Source of the DNA: Candidatus Terraquivivens ruidianensis
Lineage (GTDB): Archaea > Thermoproteota > Nitrososphaeria_A > Caldarchaeales > Wolframiiraptoraceae
DNA: 64,000 bases
NCBI GenBank assembly: GCA_023267885.1
Contig: JALNLB010000003.1
Span: forward strand, 12,792-76,791
Direction of reading: 5' to 3'
Positions 37,990 through 47,710 of this stretch are shown piece by piece. Position 1 is the first letter of the stretch; each line of letters opens with the position of its first letter. Made by a program: the position numbers and the translations under genes. Under the pieces are notes generated by a model. It had not been told where the DNA came from, made no database searches, and saw nothing but the letters and a program-made list of their open reading frames with translations.

Positions 37990-38727
37990 TTACCGTGCGG
38001 GTACGAATGCACTCGTAACTTCTTCCCATCTGAGTACGAACATGAGCGGCCTAGCTCCGGTGGACTCAGCAATTTCGGATAGCAATGCCTTTACGCTGGA
38101 CGGCTCGACACCCAGCTTAACTGAAAAGGCATAGCTAAGGGGCGTAAGAACCTTCATCTCGACGACATTATCGCTAACTCCTCTCGAATCCATGAACTCC
38201 TCGGCTTCAATCGGTGTAAGGTCCAGAGCTAGGACGGCATCTAACCCGCCCCTCAGAAAGTCCATGAAAAAATTAACGGAAAGGTCCGAAATAGTCCCCT
38301 TCATGGGAATGATGCCTAAGGGGAGTCTCTCGACTATGCCAAATGTTCTGATAAACTCGCTCCGTCCTATCCTTTTTATCTTCAATCGTGCCATGAGTTT
38401 CTTAACAGGAATCGCAACTGTTGAGGTTTTACCACTTTCATTTGGGTATATAACGTGTATTTCCTTAGATGAACCAACCTCAGAAACCTTTGAGGTCCTT
38501 TCTTCTCCCTGCCCGACGGATACTGGATAGTAGCAAAGCTTGTCCAGCACGTTAAGCGTAAATTTCGCGCCATCACCCTTAACGACAAACCAGCCATCAT
38601 CGTTAAACTCGACTGAAGCCTGCGTGTTGGCCCTTTCCAATAGTATGCGTAACCAAGAGTTCATGTCTGACAGAACCTTCGAGCTATCCTTTCTCCAAGT
38701 CCTCTCGGCTATAGGTATGGCAACCAT
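37990..38727 (-). CDS. Hypothetical protein, DUF2110-like
   Basis: VEFNDDGWFVVKGDG...FGIVERLP...VLALD pattern; lies near tfe and trm56. Confidence 0.55.
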   Translation of the reverse strand: MVAIPIAERTWRKDSSKVLSDMNSWLRILLERANTQASVEFNDDGWFVVKGDGAKFTLNVLDKLCYYPVSVGQGEERTSKVSEVGSSKEIHVIYPNESGKTSTVAIPVKKLMARLKIKRIGRSEFIRTFGIVERLPLGIIPMKGTISDLSVNFFMDFLRGGLDAVLALDLTPIEAEEFMDSRGVSDNVVEMKVLTPLSYAFSVKLGVEPSSVKALLSEIAESTGARPLMFVLRWEEVTSAFVPAR

Positions 38728-38812
38728 TCTAAACGAACCAATTGGGGAGCTTGCCGAAAAACTTTAGCAAGTTTTAAATAAGTAATGCTAACAACATTAT
38801 TAACGAAATCTT

Positions 38813-40135
38813 TTGTACGAGAAAGGCACGCAAAAAGTATTGGATGCTTTACTGAACGATAAGTTTACGGATGGAATTATAGGACCAAGCGTAAAGATGC
38901 TGGGCCCGGTTAAAAACGGTGGCCTAATACTCTACGTAACGACGCCGGGATGCTGGGGTCCGATGATCACACCTACTATAAGAGGAGGCCACGAGGTCAA
39001 CGTTCCTGTAGCAGTCGATGATGCGTCTGTCGGTGATGCCGTAGCCATAAGTATCGAATCGATAAGGGTTAGGTCCAAAGCAACGTCGTCTGGAACGGAC
39101 AGGCCTGTTAACGGCGCCTACGTCGGAGACCCTTACGTGGCAAAGAAGTGTCCCAACTGCGGTGAGCCTTGGCCGAAATCAGCACTCGAGGGCATAGGCT
39201 TGGAGGCAATAAAGTGCGAGAAGTGTGGTTCACCTTCGTCTCCCTTTAGGATGGTTAATGGTTACACAATCGTCTTCGACGAGCGTAGGTGTCTCGGCGT
39301 GGCTGTCAGAGAAGAGGTAGCAAGACGTCTCGCGGCCGATGGTTACGCTTGGATGGACATACCGAGAAACTCAAGGCAATTCCCCGTGATAATTGCGGCT
39401 AAGGCTGACTTAGTAGGTCTCTCCATGAGGCTGAGACCGTTCCTTGGCCAGCTTGGAACCACACCCAGCGTCGACATACCTGACTCCCATAACGCTGGAG
39501 ACTTCGGCACATTCCTTATAGGCGCGCCCCACAAGTATGCGATAACTGAGCAGCAGTACAAGGAGTGTATAACGGACGGTCACCTCGACATAGACTCCGT
39601 GAGGGAGGGCGCTGTACTCGTCGCGCCCGTAAAGCTGGATGGTGCTGGAATCTATGCTGGTGATGCCCATGCCCAGCAGGGAGATGGTGAAGTAGCCGGA
39701 CACACAACGGACATCTCGGCCGAGGTTAAGGTTAGGGTAAACGTGATAAAAGGTCTGAACCTAAAAGGGCCGCTCCTCTTCCCACCACTTGAAGACCTAC
39801 CGCCGCTAGCCAAGCCAATGTGTGTCGAAGAGTGGGCACTCGTTAAGAGGCTGGCGAACGAATATGGCTTAGAACCAGAACCATGGTTGCCAGTCCAAGT
39901 CATAGGAACGGGTCCGAACATAAACAAGGCTGCCGAGACGGGCTTTTCGAGAGCCTCCGAGCTATTCGATATGTCCGTGGATGAGGTGAGGAACAGGGTG
40001 ACCGTGGCTGGTGCCGTGGAGATAGGTAGGCTGCCGGGCGTGGTTCAGGTCACGTTGCCCGTACCCGTGAAGAAGATGAAGGAGTTGCGGCTCTACGAGA
40101 TAACCAAGAAGTTATACGCACCGCCCTTTGAATAA
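38813..40135 (+). CDS. Acetamidase/formamidase-family protein with a Zn-ribbon insertion
   Basis: TPGCWGPMITP, GGHEV, DGHLD, GDAHAQQGDGE; CPNCG...CEKCG. Confidence 0.88.
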   Translation: MYEKGTQKVLDALLNDKFTDGIIGPSVKMLGPVKNGGLILYVTTPGCWGPMITPTIRGGHEVNVPVAVDDASVGDAVAISIESIRVRSKATSSGTDRPVNGAYVGDPYVAKKCPNCGEPWPKSALEGIGLEAIKCEKCGSPSSPFRMVNGYTIVFDERRCLGVAVREEVARRLAADGYAWMDIPRNSRQFPVIIAAKADLVGLSMRLRPFLGQLGTTPSVDIPDSHNAGDFGTFLIGAPHKYAITEQQYKECITDGHLDIDSVREGAVLVAPVKLDGAGIYAGDAHAQQGDGEVAGHTTDISAEVKVRVNVIKGLNLKGPLLFPPLEDLPPLAKPMCVEEWALVKRLANEYGLEPEPWLPVQVIGTGPNINKAAETGFSRASELFDMSVDEVRNRVTVAGAVEIGRLPGVVQVTLPVPVKKMKELRLYEITKKLYAPPFE

Positions 40136-40245
40136 AGAAGCTCAGCGCAACTAACTTTACCGTCGTTCGTTAGTTTTAGTGTGGGATATCGAAAGAACTA
40201 ATCCGATTGCTTTATATTTTTGCGCGTAGCATACGTATCTTTGGG

Positions 40246-40761
40246 GTGCCGGACTTCCTGTTGATAATCGACGAGGATACGGTCCTCGAGGTGATGAGGT
40301 TGGTCGGCGGCGAAGAGGCGGTCAGCATAGTGAGATTCCTAATAAAGAACCCGTCCAAAAGCGATGAGGAGATAGCCTCTGCCCTAGGAATGAATATAAA
40401 GGACGTGAGAAAAATTCTCCACAAACTCATCGAGTATTCCCTTCTTACGTATGAGGTAGCAAAGGACAAGGACACGGGACATAGGATATTCAGGTGGAGG
40501 GTTCAGCAGGACCAAGTCTTAGGCTATATAAAGACTCAGATAAGGAGGATGACAGAAAGGCTCAGGGCTAGGCTGGAGTACGAGCGGTCCCATCAGTTCT
40601 ACTATTGCGGCACGAAGGGGTGCAGGAAGTATACTTTCGAAGAGGCCGTCGATAAACTCTTCAAATGTCCAGTATGCAATAACACGTTGAACTACTACGA
40701 TAACAGCAGGATGATAGAGGCGCTTACGCAGAAACTTCAGGTCTTGGAGAAAGCGATTTAG
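40246..40761 (+). CDS. tfe: Transcription factor E alpha
   Basis: SDEEIASALG...VRKILHKL wHTH; YTFEEA...FKCPVC Zn ribbon. Confidence 0.93.
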   Translation: MPDFLLIIDEDTVLEVMRLVGGEEAVSIVRFLIKNPSKSDEEIASALGMNIKDVRKILHKLIEYSLLTYEVAKDKDTGHRIFRWRVQQDQVLGYIKTQIRRMTERLRARLEYERSHQFYYCGTKGCRKYTFEEAVDKLFKCPVCNNTLNYYDNSRMIEALTQKLQVLEKAI

Positions 40762-40784
40762 TCTCCCACCCGCATCTAAATTGT

Positions 40785-41315
40785 ATGAAATTGGTCGTCT
40801 TGAGGCTGGGCCATAGGTTACACAGAGACGAAAGGGTTACGACGCACGTTTGCCTGACCGCTAGGGCATTCGGTTGCGATGGCATCATCATTTCGGGACA
40901 GCCGGATGAGGGTGTGAAGAAATCTGTGGAGGACGTAGTCCAGAGATTCGGCGGCAAGTTCTTCATTGAGATAAGGCAAGACTGGATGAAAGTTATGAAA
41001 GGTTGGCTGGAGTCCGGGGGCGAAGTGGTGCACCTGACTATGTACGGGCTCCCGTTGCCTGAGGTCATCGAAGGGATAAGGTCCTCTGACAAGGATAAGC
41101 TCATCGTCGTAGGCTCCGAGAAGGTACCGAGGAAAGTTTACGAGATGGCAACATGGAATGTATCCGTGACGAGCCAACCAATATCCGAGGTTGCGGCGCT
41201 GGCCGTCTTCCTTGACTGGTTCCAGCAGCATCGTGAATTTTACATAAACTTCGAGAATGCAAAAATTAAGGTGATCCCCTCACCAAGGGAAAAGAAGGTA
41301 GTACGTCTTGCATAG
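40785..41315 (+). CDS. trm56: tRNA (cytidine56-2'-O)-methyltransferase
   Basis: LRLGHR...RVTTHVCLTARAFG...HLTMYG...VGSEKVP...SEVAALAVFLD. Confidence 0.96.
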   Translation: MKLVVLRLGHRLHRDERVTTHVCLTARAFGCDGIIISGQPDEGVKKSVEDVVQRFGGKFFIEIRQDWMKVMKGWLESGGEVVHLTMYGLPLPEVIEGIRSSDKDKLIVVGSEKVPRKVYEMATWNVSVTSQPISEVAALAVFLDWFQQHREFYINFENAKIKVIPSPREKKVVRLA

Positions 41316-41404
41316 TGGACCAAAGAGTGTACGGGCGCCTCACTATATTGTCGTCTTATCAAAGAAAGCGCGTTTGTAAAGTCGTAGGGCTCTTTATCCT
41401 CTTG

Positions 41405-42190
41405 CTAGATGCTTATCCCGAAAATACTTAAGATGAATTTTAGAGAAACGTATAGGAAGACGATTCCGAAGACCAGTTTTATATAAGAGGCTGGAACCTT
41501 TGGTACAAGTCTTGAACCTATCTGCGCTCCTATTGCCGTTCCAGCTCCAAGGGATAGCGCAGCAACCACATCTACCAATCCTTGATATATCTTGAACGCT
41601 CCCGAAATGACCGCCATGCTTATGAATGATGCTAAAGACGTTCCTACAGCTATCTTAACAGGTGATCCGAGAAGATATATCATCGAAGGAACTAAAGCGT
41701 AGCCACCCCCTAGACCGACGATACCCGTTAGCACCCCTATGATGAGCCCTATTGATGATTTAGCTAAAGCACTTCCAGGAACGAGGTTTCCAGTTTTTGC
41801 CTCCACTCTTCTCTTAATACCTCCCTCGTATATCATTCTTAGAGAAACGTATAGAAAGGCTACTCCTAAGATAATTTTTAGTAATGGTAGTTGTCCCACT
41901 AGATACTGGAAAGTAATCGAACCGAGTAACGCACCTACTGCGCCTGACATGGCCACGATTATTGTAGTTCTATAATCCACGTTTCTTATCTTTATATGGG
42001 CTATCGAGCCTGATGTTGCCGTGATTATAACGGCAGTAATAGTCGTCCCAATGGCTACAGGCAAGTTATAGTTGAAGAGGAAGTAAAGGGCTGGAAGCAT
42101 CACAACACATCCACCAGTTCCCAAGAATCCCCCAAGAATCCCTGCAAGCAAACCAAAGATTATTAAAACAATTACGAATATTATCTCCAT
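41405..42190 (-). CDS. TauE/SafE-family sulfite exporter
   Basis: GFLGTGGCVVMLP and GIVGLGGGYALVP internal repeats; AIGT/AVGTSL. Confidence 0.92.
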   Translation of the reverse strand: MEIIFVIVLIIFGLLAGILGGFLGTGGCVVMLPALYFLFNYNLPVAIGTTITAVIITATSGSIAHIKIRNVDYRTTIIVAMSGAVGALLGSITFQYLVGQLPLLKIILGVAFLYVSLRMIYEGGIKRRVEAKTGNLVPGSALAKSSIGLIIGVLTGIVGLGGGYALVPSMIYLLGSPVKIAVGTSLASFISMAVISGAFKIYQGLVDVVAALSLGAGTAIGAQIGSRLVPKVPASYIKLVFGIVFLYVSLKFILSIFGISI

Positions 42191-42209
42191 AGATGCCCAG
42201 ATATTGTCC

Positions 42210-42239
42210 AATATAGCTATATTTAAATATAGCTATATT
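42210..42239. promoter_or_regulatory. 30-bp perfect palindrome, putative tandem ArsR operators
   Basis: AATATAGCTATATT-TA-AATATAGCTATATT between divergent tauE and arsR. Confidence 0.8.
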
Positions 42240-42251
42240 TTACTTTTGAAT

Positions 42252-42575
42252 ATGCATCTAAAAATGAGAAACCTAAACAGGTTTAAAGCTAAAATCTTCA
42301 GAACTCTCTCAGACCCTGCGAGGCTTAAAATTCTGGAATGCTTGCGTAACGGAGAAAAGTGCGTCTGCGAAATCGTCTCATATGTTGGGATAGCCCAGCC
42401 GATGGTTTCTAGGCATTTATCCATTCTAAAGAAGTGCGGGCTCATTATGGACAGGAGAGAGGGAAACAAGCGGTTCTATTCTGTGACCAATCCAGCCATA
42501 TTCAAGGTAATCGACATGATTGACAAAAGCTTTGCGGATATTCTTACAAAACACGTTATTAAGCAAATAGTTTAA
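42252..42575 (+). CDS. ArsR-family regulator with a CVC alpha3 motif
   Basis: LSDPARLKIL...EKCVCEI...QPMVSRHL...RREG. Confidence 0.92.
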   Translation: MHLKMRNLNRFKAKIFRTLSDPARLKILECLRNGEKCVCEIVSYVGIAQPMVSRHLSILKKCGLIMDRREGNKRFYSVTNPAIFKVIDMIDKSFADILTKHVIKQIV

Positions 42576-42607
42576 AGGAAAAGCAATACGCCAAATACCC
42601 AAATAGT

Positions 42608-42704
42608 TGGTGGGCCGGCCCGGATTCGAACCGGGGATTTCCACCGCTTCCTGTAGTCTTAGCCTAAGTCAGGGTGGCGTCATACCAGGCTAGACCACCG
42701 GCCC
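42608..42704 (-). tRNA. tRNA-Val(GAC) with a 20-nt intron at 36/37 (42648-42667), CCA encoded
   Basis: Cloverleaf; BHB with central helix CCTG/CAGG, bulges AC|T and AA|G, intron stem TAG/CTA. Confidence 0.92.
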
Positions 42705-42801
42705 TAAGTATTCAAACCCCAAGCTGTTGATATATATCTATATCCTTAAACAGACGTCTTTCGGACGGCTGATGGATTTTCAACGTGAACGTAACGCGAG
42801 G

Positions 42802-42990
42802 CTACGCGCGATTCCCGTTTGCTTGCTGCGCTCCGTACGGCTGAGCCTCCTGTTCGTTGAATTTCTCCAACAACCTCCTGATGGCGTCCTTAACGAACTC
42901 CGCCCTACTGCTATACCCTGCCTTGTACAGTATCCTATCTATTTGAAGACCTATCTCCTCTGGAATCTTCACGGTTACGTAGCGTGTCAT
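42802..42990 (-). CDS. Ribbon-helix-helix (CopG-like) protein
   Basis: YVTVKIPEEI...GYSSRAEFVKDAIRRLL. Confidence 0.88.
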   Translation of the reverse strand: MTRYVTVKIPEEIGLQIDRILYKAGYSSRAEFVKDAIRRLLEKFNEQEAQPYGAQQANGNRA

Positions 42991-43205
42991 AGAGGTTCAT
43001 GTATGACACTAAAAGCTAATTGATAAACATAACTAAGTTTTTTGTAAGAAAAATATAGGAACAGAATTTTTGGACACTTTTTGCGGATAATCCATGTAAT
43101 ACTTTATATTATGGTGCAAAAATCTTAAAATATGCATAGGACAATGATTACGCAAACTTCTGTGCCCTCTTTCTATTATAGAAGCACCGCAGGAGGATCT
43201 GGGGC

Positions 43206-44009
43206 ATGGATTCCTTCCTTTTGATGTTGAACGAGGTTCTAACGGATGCGAGTAAGGCGTTGTCTAGCAAGTCAAGGTACGACATACTGACCGCTCTGTC
43301 AAAAGGAAAGATGACGATACTGCAGATTGCAAAGGAAACTGGCCTAAGCCAGATGACCGTTAGGTTTCACCTTAAAACGCTGATTGAGGCAGGTCTAGTA
43401 AGGAGAAGTAACGCGTGTAGGACTGGAGGAGCTGGAAGACCGGGTACGTTGTACGAGCTCTCTAAATCCTTAACGATGATGTCGTTCCCGCCTAGGCAGT
43501 ACATGCTTTTGTCATACGTGCTTCTGTCGGCTCTTAAAGAATCTTTGGGAGAGGTACAAGCAAGAGCCGTCATGTACCGATTTGGTAAGAAATTAGGCCA
43601 GAGCTTCAGGATGGATATCGAAAGGGTCTTCATGAATGATAACGACTATACCGCAGAAAAATTCGCCAACCATCTGATTAACGCATGTTTTAAAAAGATT
43701 GGAATAATCGCCGAGCCTGCCAAGGTCGATGAGAAGGAATTGGTCTTAAAGTTCTACAACTGTCCTTTCGAGGAAGTGGCGCGGAATTATGCAGGCTTAA
43801 TCTGCGATGGGTTTGACAACGGCTTTTACGACGGTTTGTACATGAATATGCACAACAGGAGCTTTATGTGGAAAAAAACAAAGAGCATAGTAAAAGGAGA
43901 TGAATGCTGTGAGCATATAATATTCCTAACTTCGGGAGATAACAAAAAGCCATTCTACGAAAACAATATAAATAATCAGAAGAGCGTCAAATTCCAGGTG
44001 CCCCGGTAG
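43206..44009 (+). CDS. ArsR-type HTH plus V4R/metal-binding output domain regulator
   Basis: SRYDIL...TVRFHLKTL...GRPGTLY; YNCPF...IC...KGDECC. Confidence 0.85.
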   Translation: MDSFLLMLNEVLTDASKALSSKSRYDILTALSKGKMTILQIAKETGLSQMTVRFHLKTLIEAGLVRRSNACRTGGAGRPGTLYELSKSLTMMSFPPRQYMLLSYVLLSALKESLGEVQARAVMYRFGKKLGQSFRMDIERVFMNDNDYTAEKFANHLINACFKKIGIIAEPAKVDEKELVLKFYNCPFEEVARNYAGLICDGFDNGFYDGLYMNMHNRSFMWKKTKSIVKGDECCEHIIFLTSGDNKKPFYENNINNQKSVKFQVPR

Positions 44010-44109
44010 CGCAGATCGGGAGCGCGCCCGGCTGAAGACGTGTTGTTAGTCACCGGGGTGTCGTGGGTTCAAGGTCTCCTTAAAGGAGATGGAAATCCCA
44101 CCCGGGGCA
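44000..44109 (+). tRNA. tRNA-Phe(GAA) with introns at 37/38 (44038-44051) and 59/60 (44074-44095)
   Basis: GCCCCGG/CCGGGGC acceptor; CCCGG-CTGAAG|A-CCGGG; BHB helices CTGA/TTAG and TTCA/TGGA; 74 nt after splicing. Confidence 0.92.
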
Positions 44110-44123
44110 TCGCATCAACTTTT

Positions 44124-44699
44124 TTATAATCTAATGAAATACCTCCTCCACAACAGGAGCGTAAGGTATCCGGCCAAAGCTCCGCTAAAGGTACCGCCCA
44201 TCAATATGGCGACGTAAAGCCAGGGCGACCATGGCATGAAGCCCAACATGACGGTTACATACATGCTCAGGATACCGATAGTACCCGTGCTCAACGTTAA
44301 GGCAACTATAAGCCTACCAGCCCTTACGTCGCCACTCAAAGTTTTTACTTTAAATATGTAAAAAAGGCCATCTATCGTCAGACCGTATGCTATGGCGAAG
44401 ACTAAGGAGAACGTGAAGAAGCCCGGCCTCCATATCTGCGTCAACAGCCCGCCTATCGTGGCAACGTATGTGGCGCCCATCCTGCCAAGCAGCAAGGAGG
44501 ATAGCGAGAGGAGTAGCGCTTGGACTATCACCAAAAGCTTGTCGAGTGGTGAGGGCAGTATAACTTTAGATACGAAGATGATGATGCCGAAGAGGGTGGC
44601 CGCGGCAATCCTTTTGGTTAAAGGTTTAGCGGTAGTCATGTTTTTGGCAGCATTCACTATGCACTTACTATTCTTTTTAACCTTTCCCTTTGCGACCAA
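44124..44699 (-). CDS. Membrane protein, ECF S-component-like
   Basis: About six TM helices; GATYVATIGGLL...YGLTID pattern. Confidence 0.6.
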   Translation of the reverse strand: MVAKGKVKKNSKCIVNAAKNMTTAKPLTKRIAAATLFGIIIFVSKVILPSPLDKLLVIVQALLLSLSSLLLGRMGATYVATIGGLLTQIWRPGFFTFSLVFAIAYGLTIDGLFYIFKVKTLSGDVRAGRLIVALTLSTGTIGILSMYVTVMLGFMPWSPWLYVAILMGGTFSGALAGYLTLLLWRRYFIRL

Positions 44700-44739
44700 A
44701 AATTTCCTGATAAAATAACTAGCTGGAGTTTTTAAGCTT

Positions 44740-44760
44740 AAGTTTACGGTCAGTAAACTT
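44740..44760. promoter_or_regulatory. Inverted repeat AAGTTTAC-N5-GTAAACTT, putative operator
   Basis: Perfect 8-bp arms in the divergent intergenic region. Confidence 0.5.
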
Positions 44761-44808
44761 TAATTCAAAGCTCCCAACAACTGTTATACTCAGCTTGGGT
44801 GTTTTTCC

Positions 44809-45351
44809 ATGAGAGCTGAGGATGAGGCGCTTCTAAGGGTAGCGGAGTTGATGGCTTTGAGCGCAAGGACTGCGCCGAAGGCGAGGGGTACGGACTCGCT
44901 GAGCGTAGCAATCGTCCACGATGAGAATGATAAAGAGAAGCTGGCAAAAACTATGGAGGAGTTGGCCGACGAACTCGGACAGGCGTTCTTTAAGCGAGAT
45001 GCGCAGAACGTGAGGCAATCGCCAGTCGTCTTCTTGCTTGCTGTGAAGGCCACGGAGCCGAAGCGATTGGATTGCAGCGCCTGCGGGTATAGGACGTGTA
45101 GCGATTTTGAAAAAGCACCGAAGAGTATGGGCAGAGCCTACAGGGGGCCAACGTGTGCTATGTATGTCACAGACCTAGGCATAGCAGCAGGCTCAGCAGC
45201 AAAGACGGCAAGCATGCTCAACGCTGACAACAGGATAATGTACACGATAGGTACGGCAGCCCTTAGGCTTGGGCTGATAGAGGGCGACATTGCCTTGGGC
45301 ATACCGCTCTCGGCGAGTGGGAAGAGCCCGTACTTCGACAGAAAATTTTAG
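44809..45351 (+). CDS. DUF2148 ferredoxin-like/nitroreductase-fold protein
   Basis: ARTAPKARG, CSACGYRTC, GPTC, DLGIAAGSA, DNRIMYTIG, KSPYFDR. Confidence 0.88.
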   Translation: MRAEDEALLRVAELMALSARTAPKARGTDSLSVAIVHDENDKEKLAKTMEELADELGQAFFKRDAQNVRQSPVVFLLAVKATEPKRLDCSACGYRTCSDFEKAPKSMGRAYRGPTCAMYVTDLGIAAGSAAKTASMLNADNRIMYTIGTAALRLGLIEGDIALGIPLSASGKSPYFDRKF

Positions 45352-45353
45352 GG

Positions 45354-46904
45354 CTAGCAGGCCTCTATCGTGCTCGGCGGCTTTGGCGTCGTGGCATACG
45401 CTACCATCGTCACGTTACCTACTTCGTTCACTATCCTTTTCGATATTCTATCGAGCAAATCCATATCTGGCCTGTACCAATCTGCCGTCATTCCATCCTC
45501 GCTCTCGACAGCCCTTACTACGACCACGTAACCCTCGGCCCTAACGTCTCCCATCACACCTGTCCAAGAGCTATCGGTTACTACGGCGAACGCCTGCCAA
45601 ACCTTATCGTAAACTCCAGCCCTCCTGAACTCCTCCTCAACTATCGCGTTGGCCTCTCTGCATATTCTGAGCTTCTCCTCCGTGACCTCGCCGATTATCC
45701 TGACGGCCAGTCCAGGCCCTGGAAACGGATGGCGTGACACTATCTCTTCGGGTATGCCGAGCTTCCTAGCAACCTCCCTGACCTCGTCCTTGTAAAGGTC
45801 CCTGAGAGGCTCCACGAGCTTCAACCTTAAGCCAGCGGGAAGGCCTGCCACGTTGTGATGAGTCTTTATGAGAGCAGAGCCAGAGCCCGCGAAGCCGCTC
45901 TCTATCCTATCAGGGTAAATCGTCCCTTGGGCCAGCCAACGAGCCTTAGGTATCTTCGCAGCCTCCTCCTCGAAGACCTTCGCGAACTCCTCGCCGATAA
46001 TCCTCCTCTTCTCCTCCGGGTCCTTCACACCCTTAAGCCTTAACAGGAACCTGTCTGCTGCTTTCACGAAAACGAGGTTAACTATGCCCATGCGTCTCAG
46101 GGTCGAGACAACCTGCTCCGTCTCGCCCTTTCTCATTAAGCCGTGGTCGACGAATATGCAGTAGAGCCTCTCGCCGAGCGTCCTACCCAGCAGGACGGAT
46201 GTCGTGACGGAATCGACGCCTCCGCTGACGGCGCAGACAACGTACTCGTTTGGCGGAACGGTTGCGGCTATCTCCCTGCTCATCTCCTCGACCCTGTCCA
46301 TGGGCTTCCAGTCGCACCTGAAGCCGCAAACATCCACCAAGAACCTCCTAAGTATCGCGTTTCCCATCTGGGTGTGCTTAACCTCGGGATGGAACTGGAC
46401 GCCGTAAATCGGCCTTTCGGCATGTCTCATGGCAGCTACGGCACGCCTTTCAGTTAACGCCAAGACTTTAAAATCGAATGGAGACCTCACCACAGAATCC
46501 ATGTGGCTCATCCACGCGATGAACTGCTCCGGCATGTCCATGAACAGAACGTCTCGCTTGATAACCCTGACAGACGTCCTGCCGTACTCCATGAGGGTGC
46601 CGCGCTCGAGCTCTCCGTTGAAAGCCCGGGCTATGAGCTGGTGGCCATAGCATATGCCGAGCACTGGGACTGGGACCTTCGATAAATCTTCGGCCGAGAG
46701 TTTCGGAGCATCTGGCTCGTCGACGCTTCGAGGACCCCCGGACAGAATGATACCAAGGGTTTCATAATTCCCCGAAAAAACTTCCTCGAGGGACGTCCTG
46801 AAGGGCACTATCTCAGAGTACACGCCAAGCTCCCTGCACCTCCTAGCTATCAGGTGCGTGTACTGTCCGCCGAAGTCTATTATCGCTACCCTCTGCGGCC
46901 TCAT
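45354..46904 (-). CDS. guaA: GMP synthase (fused GAT and ATPPase domains)
   Basis: DFGGQYTHLIARR, GICYGHQ, QFHPEV, SGGVDS, IKTHHNV, RHPFPGPGL, KPPSTIE. Confidence 0.97.
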   Translation of the reverse strand: MRPQRVAIIDFGGQYTHLIARRCRELGVYSEIVPFRTSLEEVFSGNYETLGIILSGGPRSVDEPDAPKLSAEDLSKVPVPVLGICYGHQLIARAFNGELERGTLMEYGRTSVRVIKRDVLFMDMPEQFIAWMSHMDSVVRSPFDFKVLALTERRAVAAMRHAERPIYGVQFHPEVKHTQMGNAILRRFLVDVCGFRCDWKPMDRVEEMSREIAATVPPNEYVVCAVSGGVDSVTTSVLLGRTLGERLYCIFVDHGLMRKGETEQVVSTLRRMGIVNLVFVKAADRFLLRLKGVKDPEEKRRIIGEEFAKVFEEEAAKIPKARWLAQGTIYPDRIESGFAGSGSALIKTHHNVAGLPAGLRLKLVEPLRDLYKDEVREVARKLGIPEEIVSRHPFPGPGLAVRIIGEVTEEKLRICREANAIVEEEFRRAGVYDKVWQAFAVVTDSSWTGVMGDVRAEGYVVVVRAVESEDGMTADWYRPDMDLLDRISKRIVNEVGNVTMVAYATTPKPPSTIEAC

Positions 46905-47099
46905 TCCTACCGTACTCGGATAAAGCATCGTAGGCGCACGAATTAAAGCTGTCTGTTGCAGTAATACTAAACAATTAAGCGATGTTCTTGGAAAATTCTC
47001 ACAGAGCATGACTTAATATGGATGGATGGGCTTGCCACCGTCCTTTAGGCTAAATTTTAAGAGCACCCGTACGCGTTTAAAGCTTGTCGGGCTTTGGAC

Positions 47100-47175
47100 G
47101 GGCCGGTGGTCTAGCGGCTATGACGCTGCCCTTACGAGGCAGAGGTCGTGGGTTCGAGTCCCACCCGGCCCACCA
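47100..47175 (+). tRNA. tRNA-Val(TAC), intronless, CCA encoded
   Basis: GGGCCGG...CTGCC-CTTACGA-GGCAG...TTCGAGT...CCGGCCCACCA. Confidence 0.96.
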
Positions 47176-47456
47176 AGGTATTGGAAGTCTTAAGCTTAGG
47201 AACTTGTATAACAACAATCTCTATGAACCACTCACGCACATCCATATATCGGTATGACGTTTGCCACATCATATAATGCGTGCTCAAAGCATCTGGCCAT
47301 CGAGAATACTCTGAAATTGCAGAGAGGTAGGACCGGTGGAAAACCTACAAGTTTGAACCTCCTTTCTAGGAATTATGTACCTCGTTTTTCTAGCATGGTT
47401 GTTCATTCCCAAGTTTCTTTAAACACCCTTTCATAGATAATGTAACCGCGACAGTG

Positions 47457-47600
47457 CTATAATATCAGACGTACCGTCATAGAACCATCATCGACCACGT
47501 TTATTTCATAAGTACCATTATAAACTTGCGAGATTAAGGATGGTGCATAGCACCTACCGTTTGTTATTGTGAGCACGACACCTATCGGATAGCTCCATTC
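47457..47600 (-). pseudogene. Degraded GT2 glycosyltransferase fragment
   Basis: PIGVVLTITN...SLISQVYNGTYEINVVDDGS followed quickly by a stop. Confidence 0.55.
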
Positions 47601-47710
47601 TGCACCATGAATCGTCCAGATGCTGCTAGGCTGAAGACTGATCATGAACAGAGCTCTCGTGTTATTTCAGGTTCCGAACGGTTATGTGAACTTTCGACCA
47701 AAAGGATAGT

